The notes below the pieces were generated by a model. That model was not told where the DNA came from. It did not search any database and saw nothing but the letters and a program-made list of their open reading frames with translations. From IMG/VR virus record IMGVR_UViG_3300043105_000062, positions 1 to 64,000 of that record: a DNA stretch of 64,000 nt; one strand, 5' to 3'. The translations under genes and the position numbers were made by a program. Source of the stretch: an uncultured virus (IMG/VR IMGVR_UViG_3300043105_000062) (taxonomy: Duplodnaviria > Heunggongvirae > Uroviricota > Caudoviricetes). This document shows, piece after piece, positions 46,001-55,413 of this stretch (position 1 is its first letter; each line of letters starts with the position of its first letter).

Positions 46001-49000
46001 TAGTAAGGCTTGGTTTGACGACCTTGGTTATCGGTCTTCAAGATAGTATCCAAGTCATCCTGTTTCAAACGTACCAACAAGTCAATAGCCGGGTCAATGC
46101 AGTAGTAAGTGTTCTTGGTACGGTTATCGGTACCACCAAGCAACTTGATTTGACACTGGTGGAAGATAACGTCTTTGGTGTCGATGTAGGCTGAAGCATG
46201 GTTGGCAAAATAAGCCACTCTCGCCTTTGAGAAGCAATCATTAACCACATTCATGTCAGACGTACCGAGAGTACTCAATGCGTCTTCCAGTGTCATGCTC
46301 TGAGAGCCATTAACCGTATCAACCGTAATGGTTACGCCGGCCAACTGCTCAGTAAGTTTCGGACTACCATAAGCGTATGCTCTACCATCGCTACCCCATG
46401 CAGTCGGAATTTTACTTACTTTCTCAAATTTAGAAGTAGCAGGATTGTAGTAGTAAACGTTGTAACGGTCAGAACCTGAGTTGAACAGCCAATACTGATG
46501 GTCACGTGTAAGATTTGCACTGTCAGCAATAAGTTGAGACTCAGTGCCGGCGTATGGCTTCAATAACGGCGAGCAAGCGAACAAAAAGTTGGCGAACTCA
46601 GCGAATGTTGTAAAGAGAGTAGTCTCTGATTCGCCCTTCGCCTCGTCCTCAATACGGAGAACGCCTTTGTCAGTTTCGCCGCCATCGTATTTGTTACCGA
46701 TTTCAACCTCAAATGACAATGTGTCGCTGGTGCCGCTCTTATAGCAGTAACCGTTCTTCACGTCACCGGTGTTAATGGTTACACTCTTAGCATAAATGTT
46801 GCCTTCCCATGCACCGTCAGCGTTTTGAGAAACATTCCAGGGCATCTGGAAAAGTGCTGCGATTGCACCATTATCAGCGCCTGAGATACACAAGTAGCCC
46901 GGACTCTTTTTCTTGTCGTAGCCAAAGGTTTTCTTATCGCCTTTACCGCTACCCCAAGTTTGGAAGCCACAGAATATAGGATTACCGTTGCCTATCTGAT
47001 AGAAGCACAAGAACGGTTTCTCATAACAGGTAACGTGAGTATTTGACAGAACAGGACGGTCATCAGAGCCATCGTTGACAAGAGTTTGCCAAAGCTCATC
47101 ATACATCCAAATTGCACCGAGCTTATGGCTCTGCATAGGAGAAGCGTAGTTGGCTTTACCAACGAGCTTTGTAATGCCACCACGACCATCTTCCAATTCG
47201 TACTTGCTGGCATAGACTTGGCTTGTGCCGTCCAGAGAATTGAAGTATGATTTCTTACGGTAGTACTTGCCATCGGAAGTATAATGAGTCGGGTCTGAAG
47301 CATTGTAGTCGGCAAGCTCAATCTCAACATCATCTTCAAAACCATCCGTGATATTCCACCAATAGTAGCCTTTCGCTGAAGTACCTTGACCTTTGTCAGT
47401 CATGCCAACAAAAGTTCCTGAGTGCTTCATATCGAGGCTATCTGCATTACCACGCTCATTATAAATGCGAACATCTATGGTAACGTTGGTTTGCTTGCTT
47501 TGATTTTCGCGTGAGGGATAGTGGCCGCCTTCAGGAATTTTACGGAGAATAGTGTTAAGACCCATTGCATTACAAAGGTCATAACCAATCTCCGAGCCAT
47601 TATAGATTGAATTGTAACGCTTGAACAGTTTCTTGTCTTCAATCGTAGGCATACCGGCCATATAGTCGTTCTGAATCTGGGTGGAACCAAGCTGTTGACC
47701 TTTGTAAATACGGATACCGTAAACGTCAACATCAGCCTCATCAGAACCGATAACAATGTTCTGTGCGCCCTTCTCACCGATAGGCGTAAAGTAGTCCTCG
47801 TCAGTGTAAATGAACGAGCGGTTCGATTTACCATTGACATAGATACGCACAAGATTCATACCTTCGCCACGGAGGTTACGGATGATATTGATAGCGATAT
47901 GCTCACGTACTTCTTCCTGGAAGTTAACGTCAGCCAACTCCTCAGTGTAATTGTTTCGGCTCAAACAAACGGCACGAGTCGGATAAAACTTCAAACCTGT
48001 GTAGCCGCCGTTGAAGTCCGCTGAAGCGTCGATGATTTCTGCATCACCTACAATGTTCTTGACCTTGATGTCAAACTCCATTGTAATAGAGCCTTCAACG
48101 CCACCATCATTACGACCGGTATTGTCATCGAAAAGCTCATAAGGAATTGTCACACGGTTGCCAGCAGCGATACTGAGGACCGGAACATTTACAGATGCAC
48201 CGGTAGCGTCTGTTTCGGCGTTACTGCTCCATCCTGAGTTTGTATCTTCAGTGTCACTCAAAAGGTCGCTCAGCTCATAAGAAACGTCGTCAATAGTAAT
48301 TGTTTTCTTCTCAGCCGATACGATTACATTTGCGCCTTTTGTCGGAGCAAAGTTTTCCGAGTTGTCAACCGTGAAGTTGATACTGTTACCATAGGTTACG
48401 CCTGAAGTGTTCGTAAATGTGACCTGTGCGTTGATAGTAGTAGGCTGGTCATCGCCCTCGTACTCCATTGCAAAGTTCTCATCAAACTCATAGGCTGTCC
48501 CATTAACGCACTCCTGATCCTTTTGAATATAGATTTGACCGGTGTCGCGGTCCTGAAGGGTCAGGCGTACCGTGGTCGAGTCTTTCTGCGGATTGTAGAT
48601 AGCATAGCGGAAGATGGTAGTACGTGTCCAGTTTTCAAACTCGCTTACGACATCCGTTACTGCCAAGATAGGCGTTGTAACAGTATCGCCTTCAGGAATA
48701 TAGATAAACTGGAACTCTTGGTGCTCTGTCTCAGCAGAATAGTCGTCGCCAAAAGCAATCCACGCTTCTGCCTTCACTGCACCACGAACAAGTCCAAACT
48801 CGGTTTGAGTAACCGCTGCACCATAGGTATTATCGGTGTACGTTGTCGTACCCAGCGTGTAATTCTTTGTGTATCCATTGATTTTGATACGAAGCTGTTT
48901 CTGAACGCTACCTGTAATACGGAACGGGAGCTGGATGCTACCACCCTTGTATGCAGTCGCGATTGAGCCGTCATACGTAGCAGAAACGTTAGAATACACG

Positions 49001-49638
49001 ATAGTCATTGTTACAGGGCTGGCAGAAATTCCGCTTGTTTCACCTGTGGCTACCAAACGCACTTGATAAGTTGCATCAGAAGTCAGGAGTGAACTAAGGT
49101 CGATTGTCTTAGTCTGCCCGGACTGGATATTGACCGTAAACGACTTACTGGAGTCCCACGAACCCCATGTACCACTTGAGTTTTGAGTACGACATGACAC
49201 AACGATAGTAGCATCTTCATCTTGGTCAGTAGTTTCCTTTGTGACAGGATTGTACTGTTGCCAGAGATAAGATACATTTACGCTTGCCACCGCCTTACTC
49301 GTAACTAAAGATGCAGCCGAATTACGGGTCAAAGTAACAATGTTGCTCACGCCGCCCTGTTCTTCAAGCAGAGGGATGGCAACATTCAACAAACGCAGCG
49401 ACGCACCTCCTACGGTGTCAGTCAAATAGTCGTTATAAGCGGACTGGGAAGCGAAGCCCCATATATGGTAGTATCCATCAGTGTCCTTCTCCTGTGGAAT
49501 GACCGCATAGCCAATCTTAGAGGATAGCTGACTCTTGATGAAGTCCTCCACCGCTTTACCACTATAGGCGTTTTTTCCGTCATCCCAAGGAGTGTCAATC
49601 GAAGGAATGGCGCTGTCAATAATAGTTCTTTTTGCCAT
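43081..49638 (-). CDS. DGR target: ~2185-aa multidomain tail/adhesin protein with C-terminal CLec-type variable domain
   Basis: C-terminal WYLPACGE...WSSTE...VVRP containing the VR; LamG-like, LRR-like and DNRTKN..DDLDT segments; start reassigned to MAKRTII. Confidence 0.85.
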   Translation of the reverse strand: MAKRTIIDSAIPSIDTPWDDGKNAYSGKAVEDFIKSQLSSKIGYAVIPQEKDTDGYYHIWGFASQSAYNDYLTDTVGGASLRLLNVAIPLLEEQGGVSNIVTLTRNSAASLVTSKAVASVNVSYLWQQYNPVTKETTDQDEDATIVVSCRTQNSSGTWGSWDSSKSFTVNIQSGQTKTIDLSSLLTSDATYQVRLVATGETSGISASPVTMTIVYSNVSATYDGSIATAYKGGSIQLPFRITGSVQKQLRIKINGYTKNYTLGTTTYTDNTYGAAVTQTEFGLVRGAVKAEAWIAFGDDYSAETEHQEFQFIYIPEGDTVTTPILAVTDVVSEFENWTRTTIFRYAIYNPQKDSTTVRLTLQDRDTGQIYIQKDQECVNGTAYEFDENFAMEYEGDDQPTTINAQVTFTNTSGVTYGNSINFTVDNSENFAPTKGANVIVSAEKKTITIDDVSYELSDLLSDTEDTNSGWSSNAETDATGASVNVPVLSIAAGNRVTIPYELFDDNTGRNDGGVEGSITMEFDIKVKNIVGDAEIIDASADFNGGYTGLKFYPTRAVCLSRNNYTEELADVNFQEEVREHIAINIIRNLRGEGMNLVRIYVNGKSNRSFIYTDEDYFTPIGEKGAQNIVIGSDEADVDVYGIRIYKGQQLGSTQIQNDYMAGMPTIEDKKLFKRYNSIYNGSEIGYDLCNAMGLNTILRKIPEGGHYPSRENQSKQTNVTIDVRIYNERGNADSLDMKHSGTFVGMTDKGQGTSAKGYYWWNITDGFEDDVEIELADYNASDPTHYTSDGKYYRKKSYFNSLDGTSQVYASKYELEDGRGGITKLVGKANYASPMQSHKLGAIWMYDELWQTLVNDGSDDRPVLSNTHVTCYEKPFLCFYQIGNGNPIFCGFQTWGSGKGDKKTFGYDKKKSPGYLCISGADNGAIAALFQMPWNVSQNADGAWEGNIYAKSVTINTGDVKNGYCYKSGTSDTLSFEVEIGNKYDGGETDKGVLRIEDEAKGESETTLFTTFAEFANFLFACSPLLKPYAGTESQLIADSANLTRDHQYWLFNSGSDRYNVYYYNPATSKFEKVSKIPTAWGSDGRAYAYGSPKLTEQLAGVTITVDTVNGSQSMTLEDALSTLGTSDMNVVNDCFSKARVAYFANHASAYIDTKDVIFHQCQIKLLGGTDNRTKNTYYCIDPAIDLLVRLKQDDLDTILKTDNQGRQTKPYYVLEHTKDASGSNYWNGENNVLYTLIERAYPERMRTMMRNMFAQMAQIAGSVENYFQQRFYWVQEYFPAVAYNETSRLLYEVAQVKLMNGLIDVSQDPITQAVGDQLECEKQFMNQRLPMLMSWCEYETGGDGTVSFRSVNSVSGQSPTYDIEYTAYQYIYPKLAVGGYIATLYAKIDGEWVSQGSDPYLCAPGETVRLVIASTDSNTQFTLRWMHYAKSIGNLGTLPCGEDGSVTITGKRLRKLECWSEDGVPIEFHPKGLVISNCRNLEEVNLTNASAFSGTFSADLPRLRKLLLSGSAYTSASLPKTSTLTEVELPSTVNAITVDGQPNLASLTIDGLSSLRTLRIVGKHKIQKQTQSIVQLAYSQAANANSVQIDNVSWTGVSVDVMMWLQKLKASLTGTISLTGTVTFANKVALVGIYGNIDSTSNSLYLSYTKRSINSITVNGLTYISETGTYQYEVVCSPSTGNDVAVKDGKLDVLWEIDDAAKAYASFTDSVNGVLKVTKLDESGTDTRYVAQCTVTKTGGTTLVSEFQVGFYRRIPKIGDFAYADGTFDDQYLKDKTLVGIIYKIDEMWQGDSDAEPTIYTGYNKPTETYKASHKLVGYQLSIDCKENLPCKSTDGFINTGSTVWGLYPSNDSNGHTAIQNEIIAATGISSIFDLPGISNIGSRGLSGGTDNGYLTTGNYIDTNEDDGFKDYSTGSGCVTDWSGKNKTLAIVKHATQIISAYLLSDANESVATNYDDDDGVNHEFAEVPTTVEEMANAMEILYKANNNLTKYQQFLYPAGFGCYLYQPTVKDGEELDPQYASTNWYLPACGEEYRQYSFFAKSRTGGMGDTYSVGQNTSPAASVIDTMITDALASEESNEINLNVSPSHVEYRNYTGIEIAAINRYFHSLVEAEKPIYSMALWRALVANGSAPFTQHSTGNHWSSTEGSSYGSWYVDFGNGSSNNGIKHGTYVVRPAVAYQFFL
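43100..43226 (-). repeat. DGR variable repeat (VR)
   Basis: Differs from TR at 16 positions, 15 of them TR adenines. Confidence 0.95.
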
Positions 49639-49649
49639 ATTGGTATTTA

Positions 49650-49823
49650 TTAGTTGATACGCCAAGAGTCGGTGTTGCTCCAGGCTTTTTCTTTAATCCA
49701 GTAACCACTGCCAAAACAGCTATTCACAGCCTCCCATATCAAATGAGCGCCGCGATAAACCGCTGTTATGGCTTTTGTGCCATAATATCTGGCAGTCAGT
49801 TCAATGTTGTTTCTTACAATCAT
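49650..49823 (-). CDS. Small protein missed by the ORF track (57 aa)
   Basis: MIVRNNIELTARYYGTKAITAVYRGAHLIWEAVNSCFGSGYWIKEKAWSNTDSWRIN*; ATGA overlap with the upstream gene and fills the gap. Confidence 0.75.
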   Translation of the reverse strand: MIVRNNIELTARYYGTKAITAVYRGAHLIWEAVNSCFGSGYWIKEKAWSNTDSWRIN

Positions 49824-50035
49824 TCCTCGTAGATGTTATATTCAACGGTAGAAACTATGTTATTAGCAGCCACAAGAGCGTCGTATTCGTCTTGTGAAAC
49901 ATATACCTTATTGTTCAGCTCTTCAATCATCTCGTTGACCTTATCGACAAGCTGATTGAACTCTTGCGCTGTGAGCTTACCACTGGAATTAATACCTTGG
50001 TTAGCTGTCTTTTTTCCTATATTAAGAGTATCCAT
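49820..50035 (-). CDS. Small tail-associated protein
   Basis: LTAQEFNQLVDKVNE...SQDEYDAL; tightly packed in the tail operon. Confidence 0.7.
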   Translation of the reverse strand: MDTLNIGKKTANQGINSSGKLTAQEFNQLVDKVNEMIEELNNKVYVSQDEYDALVAANNIVSTVEYNIYEE

Positions 50036-50039
50036 AATG

Positions 50040-52571
50040 TCAGAATATTATCGGGAATGAATAATCGAAGCTATCGTCAATACTAATCTCGCAAATGAAG
50101 ATGTCACTGCCATCCATTTCATAGTTCAACGTCAATACATTTGCTCCATCAGTTACATCGAGGTCAGTAAAGCCAACGTCTTTTGTGGTATCGTTGGCTT
50201 TGTATCTATGCCATGTAAAAATAAAATGCTCCAGTGCATAATCAGTATCAACGAGCTGGCCCTGGTAGTACACATTAGCTGTTAAGACTGTCGAGCAAGT
50301 ACCATTCTGGAATGTCGTGCCCTTTGATGATACGATTTGCACTGAGTAGCCTTGGATATATTGCTTGGTGATATTGAATATATCCTCATAAGTGCGTGAT
50401 TCATTAAGAGTTACAACGCAACGGAATGATACGGCGCTTTCTCCATGATATGTAATAGGGTTGCCTTCAGGATCATATTCAGGTGGCTGTATGACATATC
50501 CAAGCCAGTAGCATGAGTCCGGAGTAACTTCCAAAGTCTTTGCATTAGCTCCAGGAATTGCAATCCATTGGTCTCCAATAAGTAGGTACCATTGACGTTG
50601 GCTGGAAGTGGACTCAAACCCAACTTCTTCCAGAGTGAGAGTAATTGATGCCGGGCTACAAGTAATACCATTGGTCGAGTCATCTTGACCCACAATAGTA
50701 AATGCGTCTTGGCCCAAGATGCGGATATAGCGATTAGCCATTTCGTCTTGAGCATCTTCACTGAGGTTATCCCAGTTCAAAGTCACATTCTTACCAAATG
50801 TCACCTTACCTTTGTTATCCCAACGAATATTCTCTTTTGCAAAATAGCCTGAGCCGTCTTGATTGAGCCTGAAAGATTGGTTGCGAGTGTCAATCGCACC
50901 GGTGCCATCATAGTTCAATCGGAGCAGCGGGTTTTGAATTGTGCCACCAATACCGCCACGTGCGAACCATGCACCGTAGTCATCAGTCTCATCAAGTATA
51001 TCGTCAGTAGGCTGATACTGAGTGCAAGTTTCACCTGCTTCAAGTTGAGGAGCTGTGATAAACAATACTTGCTCGTCAGGATTGATGCTGCCTGCAACCG
51101 ATTGATATAGCGAGGTTGTGAACTCAGGAATTATGCTCATCAACATATCTTCGGTGTCACTCTCAGGCTTCAGCAGGTCAAAGAATACGTGCATCCTGCG
51201 CCATTCGTGAGTTTGGCTGGATGACACTTGAATAACGCCTACCGTTCTGCCATTTTGCTTGATACCGATTTGACAAGGCTTCTTTGCATAGCCCCAGAAT
51301 GAGAAACAATATCTTTGAACCAAATGCTCGTTCAACCATTCGCGGGTTTGTGCTTGCATTATCAGCTCCGCTTCTGTTTCGGTCTTGTACACATTACCCA
51401 TGCCTGTCGGGTTGATGAGTGTCATGTTATCAAGCGTGATGCTGGAGATGAAGTTGATGTCGCAAGAATTTTTGAAGCAGTTACGATGTATCTTGCCAGC
51501 ATAGAAAGTGGAAGCAAATCCGTTTTCATCGCCGGCAGTTAACGTACCGGATATATGAGCGGTCTGAGAAGCGTAAAGCTTTTGAATATATGCGCCATAG
51601 CCCGACAACGTGCCAAACACAGGATCTGCAATACCGTCGAGCTTGCCTATACGCATAGCGGCAGCGTCTCCAAAATTAGAAACACTGTCGAGCAATATAA
51701 TATTGAAGTCTGAAATCTCCACCCAGCTATTTTGAGTCAGGTTTTGGAAATCGAGCTTAAATGTACGTAAATGCCTGCCTGAGTTAATGACCGTTACTGC
51801 TTGGAAGTAATATTGCCAATCCTCGGTAATATTCTCGGTCCACTCGGCATCCTTTGCCACACCATTAGTATAGGCAATCTCAGCATTAACCGTAACTGCC
51901 TTGCTTGCACGGGCTTTATAGGATACAAGCACTCTTTTTTGTGCGGCAATCAGCTCGTAGAAACTTTGACTAAGCCCACAAAAATCGGATGAGGTAGCGC
52001 TTTTGGTCAGCCTAACAACACGATAATTACCGCTTTCATCAGAGCTGGAGTATGATTGCGATAACCCATCGCCTTGAACAATATATTGCGACTGAGCATC
52101 TTCAAAGGCTTCGCTGGCGATATTCTCAGGCCAGCTCAAACTTTTGTTGCGACCGATACCGTCGATGACATCCATGTAAGGCGCTTCGCTATCTGAAGCA
52201 GTCAAATACATTGCACCTGAACGGTCAACATTGAAAAGGTTAGTGATACGAGCGAAATCAAGTAGCTCAGAAGTTTTGGGTGCATCGCCTTCCAGTAACG
52301 CCCCAATGAAGTATGGCACATCTTTTTCTACATTTTTGGTCAGCACTGTTCCGTCTGTATTGAACATCGCTTCTCCATTTTCATCGTATTGTGCCTCAGT
52401 TACAGTCCGTTTTGTTGTACCATAAGAAAGCACAACCATAAGCGAATAGATGATATTAGTACCGTCAAAATACTGGCGACGGACAATATCACCTGTCTGT
52501 AGCCCCTGAACTTTCTTTGAGTCAGGAGCTACAAGTATTTGATATTTCTTTAGTGTTACCGGTGCTGCCAT
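50040..52571 (-). CDS. Tail/baseplate structural protein
   Basis: Long ORF with carbohydrate-binding-like segments (PQLEAG); start reassigned to MAAPVTL. Confidence 0.7.
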   Translation of the reverse strand: MAAPVTLKKYQILVAPDSKKVQGLQTGDIVRRQYFDGTNIIYSLMVVLSYGTTKRTVTEAQYDENGEAMFNTDGTVLTKNVEKDVPYFIGALLEGDAPKTSELLDFARITNLFNVDRSGAMYLTASDSEAPYMDVIDGIGRNKSLSWPENIASEAFEDAQSQYIVQGDGLSQSYSSSDESGNYRVVRLTKSATSSDFCGLSQSFYELIAAQKRVLVSYKARASKAVTVNAEIAYTNGVAKDAEWTENITEDWQYYFQAVTVINSGRHLRTFKLDFQNLTQNSWVEISDFNIILLDSVSNFGDAAAMRIGKLDGIADPVFGTLSGYGAYIQKLYASQTAHISGTLTAGDENGFASTFYAGKIHRNCFKNSCDINFISSITLDNMTLINPTGMGNVYKTETEAELIMQAQTREWLNEHLVQRYCFSFWGYAKKPCQIGIKQNGRTVGVIQVSSSQTHEWRRMHVFFDLLKPESDTEDMLMSIIPEFTTSLYQSVAGSINPDEQVLFITAPQLEAGETCTQYQPTDDILDETDDYGAWFARGGIGGTIQNPLLRLNYDGTGAIDTRNQSFRLNQDGSGYFAKENIRWDNKGKVTFGKNVTLNWDNLSEDAQDEMANRYIRILGQDAFTIVGQDDSTNGITCSPASITLTLEEVGFESTSSQRQWYLLIGDQWIAIPGANAKTLEVTPDSCYWLGYVIQPPEYDPEGNPITYHGESAVSFRCVVTLNESRTYEDIFNITKQYIQGYSVQIVSSKGTTFQNGTCSTVLTANVYYQGQLVDTDYALEHFIFTWHRYKANDTTKDVGFTDLDVTDGANVLTLNYEMDGSDIFICEISIDDSFDYSFPIIF

Positions 52572-54406
52572 CAGTCTATTTGTATAACTTCGTCTCCTGA
52601 GCAAGAGTCACTAACCCAAAGAGAGCCGTTTGTTGTCGATATTTTTTGAACTTCAAGCTCATAAACTCTCATCTTTTTGCGGACTGTGAGTGAGTCGAAG
52701 GTCGCATGGAAGCCACCGTTTGTTACATCATCCTTGACCGCCCAACCATAACCGGCGAAACCGCTGGCAAAGCTTGGAGATGAAATGTTATCGTCAAAGT
52801 ACCCGTTGCCTGCAAATCGGAGACCGTCAGTTACTCCTTCGATGAACTTTCCGTCATCAAAGAATAGAGCGTCTTCAATCAGTCGGGTGTGATACAGTTC
52901 ACTTTTTATTGCGAAATAGTCCGCTTCAACTGGCTTGTCAAATGCGAAAAATTCTGCACTGGAATTGAAATGTAGTGTGGCTGACCAACTTAGACTCTTG
53001 TTGGCAAAGGGCGAAGTTGTCAGATCAGCGTATGTCGTAAAAGTGATATTTTCCAGTGACGTTCCTTCATTGACTACTCTTGTATATGGTATAGAAGCCT
53101 CCAAACCATCGTTATCAGAGTTCTGGTATAATGCCGGCCCATCAGTAGCGCCAAAGCGGATATTCTTCGGAAATAGCACTCCAAGGTTTTTGCTATTGAT
53201 GCGGTATGTCTCCAACACTGAAGAACCATTCACGGCACAAGCAGCCATTAAGCCATTGTGAAAATAGCCGGCGCCCTCTTTAGACACAATCTTATAGGAG
53301 TGCGAGTAATTCCAAATGTCGGACTGAAGGGATATGTGATTGGTTGCAATGCCGTTATCGCTGTCACCAAGGTTCATTATCATGCCCGGAGCTGAGAACG
53401 ACACGACTTCCTTATTGCGAACATTCAGGATATAGTTGTTCTCAAACTTAACGCCATGGCCATTGATGATATGTAAGTCTGACTCAAGAACGATATAATC
53501 ATCATATACAGGTTCGCCGTCATCGCCAATGCTGGAAGTGACCTTTGAATACAGAAGCTTATCTCCCAGCGCACCAAGCGTAAAGCCCATTTGCGCTTTC
53601 AATGAGCCGCCTATAACAGCCGAGCCTTTGACAGTCAAGTCACCGTCAACTATGGCATTTTGCATGGCCCAGTCAACATCTACTTTATTAGAGTTGCCTG
53701 CGTGGTAATATTCATAATCACCATATCTAATGCCATTCTCATCAATAGTCACATCACCTAATACGAATGTGCCATCAACATCAATAGCTCCTTTAATGCC
53801 AATAGTCGGGTTCTCTATCATCAGCTTACTATTGTCATAATAGAGAACTTTGTTGCCGTCAAACATAACCCCTGAAGTCAGATTAAGCAAGCCTTTGATT
53901 TCGACATCCTCAGTCACTCTCAGGCTACCTGTTACAATAGCCCAAGATTTCTCATCAGCTCCAATCGCAACTTCAAATATCTTCTTTCCGTTGACACCTG
54001 CGTCAAAACCATACCAAGCCTGAAGCGCACCCTTCATTGAGTCGCCACCACGCCACAAGAAACCGGTTGTACTGCTGCCATCGCTACTTCCACCACCGCC
54101 TTTCATTACAGCCATGATAGAATTGGCAAACAGATACGCCGAGTTCTTCATCAGTATATCTGAGTAGCTTGCCGCTTGAGATTGTGCCAATGCTTGCTTC
54201 TCGGAGTCAATTATAGGATTGCCGTCATTGTCAAACGTTGCATTTCCTTCTTCATCCAGTACCAATAAATCGTCGGAAGACGGAAAGGCTGGAGCATCGA
54301 CCTCATTAGCCCTAACCATCCCTTGATAAAGACGGTCATAGAGGTTATACAAGTCACTGCTGGTATCAAGCGTAGCCTCATCGAAATTTAACTTTGCTTC
54401 TGACAT
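52571..54406 (-). CDS. Tail structural protein
   Basis: C-terminal FASGFAGYGW...DSLTVRKKMRVYELEVQKI...NGSLWVS pattern. Confidence 0.7.
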   Translation of the reverse strand: MSEAKLNFDEATLDTSSDLYNLYDRLYQGMVRANEVDAPAFPSSDDLLVLDEEGNATFDNDGNPIIDSEKQALAQSQAASYSDILMKNSAYLFANSIMAVMKGGGGSSDGSSTTGFLWRGGDSMKGALQAWYGFDAGVNGKKIFEVAIGADEKSWAIVTGSLRVTEDVEIKGLLNLTSGVMFDGNKVLYYDNSKLMIENPTIGIKGAIDVDGTFVLGDVTIDENGIRYGDYEYYHAGNSNKVDVDWAMQNAIVDGDLTVKGSAVIGGSLKAQMGFTLGALGDKLLYSKVTSSIGDDGEPVYDDYIVLESDLHIINGHGVKFENNYILNVRNKEVVSFSAPGMIMNLGDSDNGIATNHISLQSDIWNYSHSYKIVSKEGAGYFHNGLMAACAVNGSSVLETYRINSKNLGVLFPKNIRFGATDGPALYQNSDNDGLEASIPYTRVVNEGTSLENITFTTYADLTTSPFANKSLSWSATLHFNSSAEFFAFDKPVEADYFAIKSELYHTRLIEDALFFDDGKFIEGVTDGLRFAGNGYFDDNISSPSFASGFAGYGWAVKDDVTNGGFHATFDSLTVRKKMRVYELEVQKISTTNGSLWVSDSCSGDEVIQID

Positions 54407-54408
54407 AA

Positions 54409-55401
54409 TTATTTCTGAATTTGAACTTTATTAGTTAAGAAACCACTGTGACTGGATGCAAACGCTGAGATTTTAGCCTTCAGCGATATGAAGCTTCCGA
54501 GCACATTGGCCGGCGGTTGAGGCCCCATCATAGTGGGTGTCATCATCTGTCCGAGATAACCTACTAAATCTGAGAGTATAGAAGCGAGTTGTTGACCCAA
54601 TACAGCGTCATCAACTCCACTTTCACTACCTACGTATGTCGTGCCGTCTTTGACCGTTACTGAAGATGAACCCATCTCAATCTTAGCCTGAGAGTTGTCA
54701 AGTGTCGCTTTAGCCTTATCATGCTCCAGCACAATGTCTTTAGTAGTCATTGTTGCTGTTGACTTTCCTCCGACATCCGTCTTTGCAAGCACGCCATCTT
54801 TAGTTTTACCAAGGCTGTGAGTGACAGTAGCCTCATCTTTATCCTTCTCAGTATTGACGATTGTAACAACAGAGTCTTTAGTATATGCCGTGTTGGTCTG
54901 AACGCCTGTTAGCTCAAGCTCATGCACATCAGGAGCGTTCTCGTCATCAGGCTTGTATTCTTCACGCTCTCTGACACCGATTGAAATATCTTGGTGAGAG
55001 TCAAGCTGGATGCAATCGACATGAGAGAACATTGTGACGTATTCGTTACCTGTCTCCGGGTCTTTACTAACAAGCACATCGGAATATAGCTTTGGAATAA
55101 TTACATAGCCGCTTATATCATTCTGGATGGCGGTAAGTAAGACTCCCTCATGGTAGCCAATCTTAGCCTCCTCGCTTTCTGAAACCGCCCAATCTGCATA
55201 TTCCTGCACGTCAATAGTGCCAAACAGTTCATCGCTTTCATCGGTATGCACCTTTGCAACAAAGCCCGTGACCCTGGAAGTGCCACGAACTGCTCCTGTA
55301 TTGCTATTGACTACACCCTTTAGAGCGATAGCGCGAATTGCCGTGCGTATCATCTCATTAGAAGAATGGTCAGTTAAATGCTTTTTTATTTCGTCACTCA
55401 T
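54409..55401 (-). CDS. Baseplate spike (gpV-like, putative)
   Basis: OB-like N-terminus IIPKLYSDVLV, beta-repeat middle, DDAVLG..L and TMMGPQPP tip; follows the hub gene. Confidence 0.6.
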   Translation of the reverse strand: MSDEIKKHLTDHSSNEMIRTAIRAIALKGVVNSNTGAVRGTSRVTGFVAKVHTDESDELFGTIDVQEYADWAVSESEEAKIGYHEGVLLTAIQNDISGYVIIPKLYSDVLVSKDPETGNEYVTMFSHVDCIQLDSHQDISIGVREREEYKPDDENAPDVHELELTGVQTNTAYTKDSVVTIVNTEKDKDEATVTHSLGKTKDGVLAKTDVGGKSTATMTTKDIVLEHDKAKATLDNSQAKIEMGSSSVTVKDGTTYVGSESGVDDAVLGQQLASILSDLVGYLGQMMTPTMMGPQPPANVLGSFISLKAKISAFASSHSGFLTNKVQIQK

Positions 55402-55413
55402 ATTCTACAGTCC

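Noticed and set aside
49720..49725. CTATTC late-promoter copy on the plus strand
   Set aside because: Falls inside the 57-aa minus-strand ORF, points antisense and lacks CC at the 18-19 nt spacing
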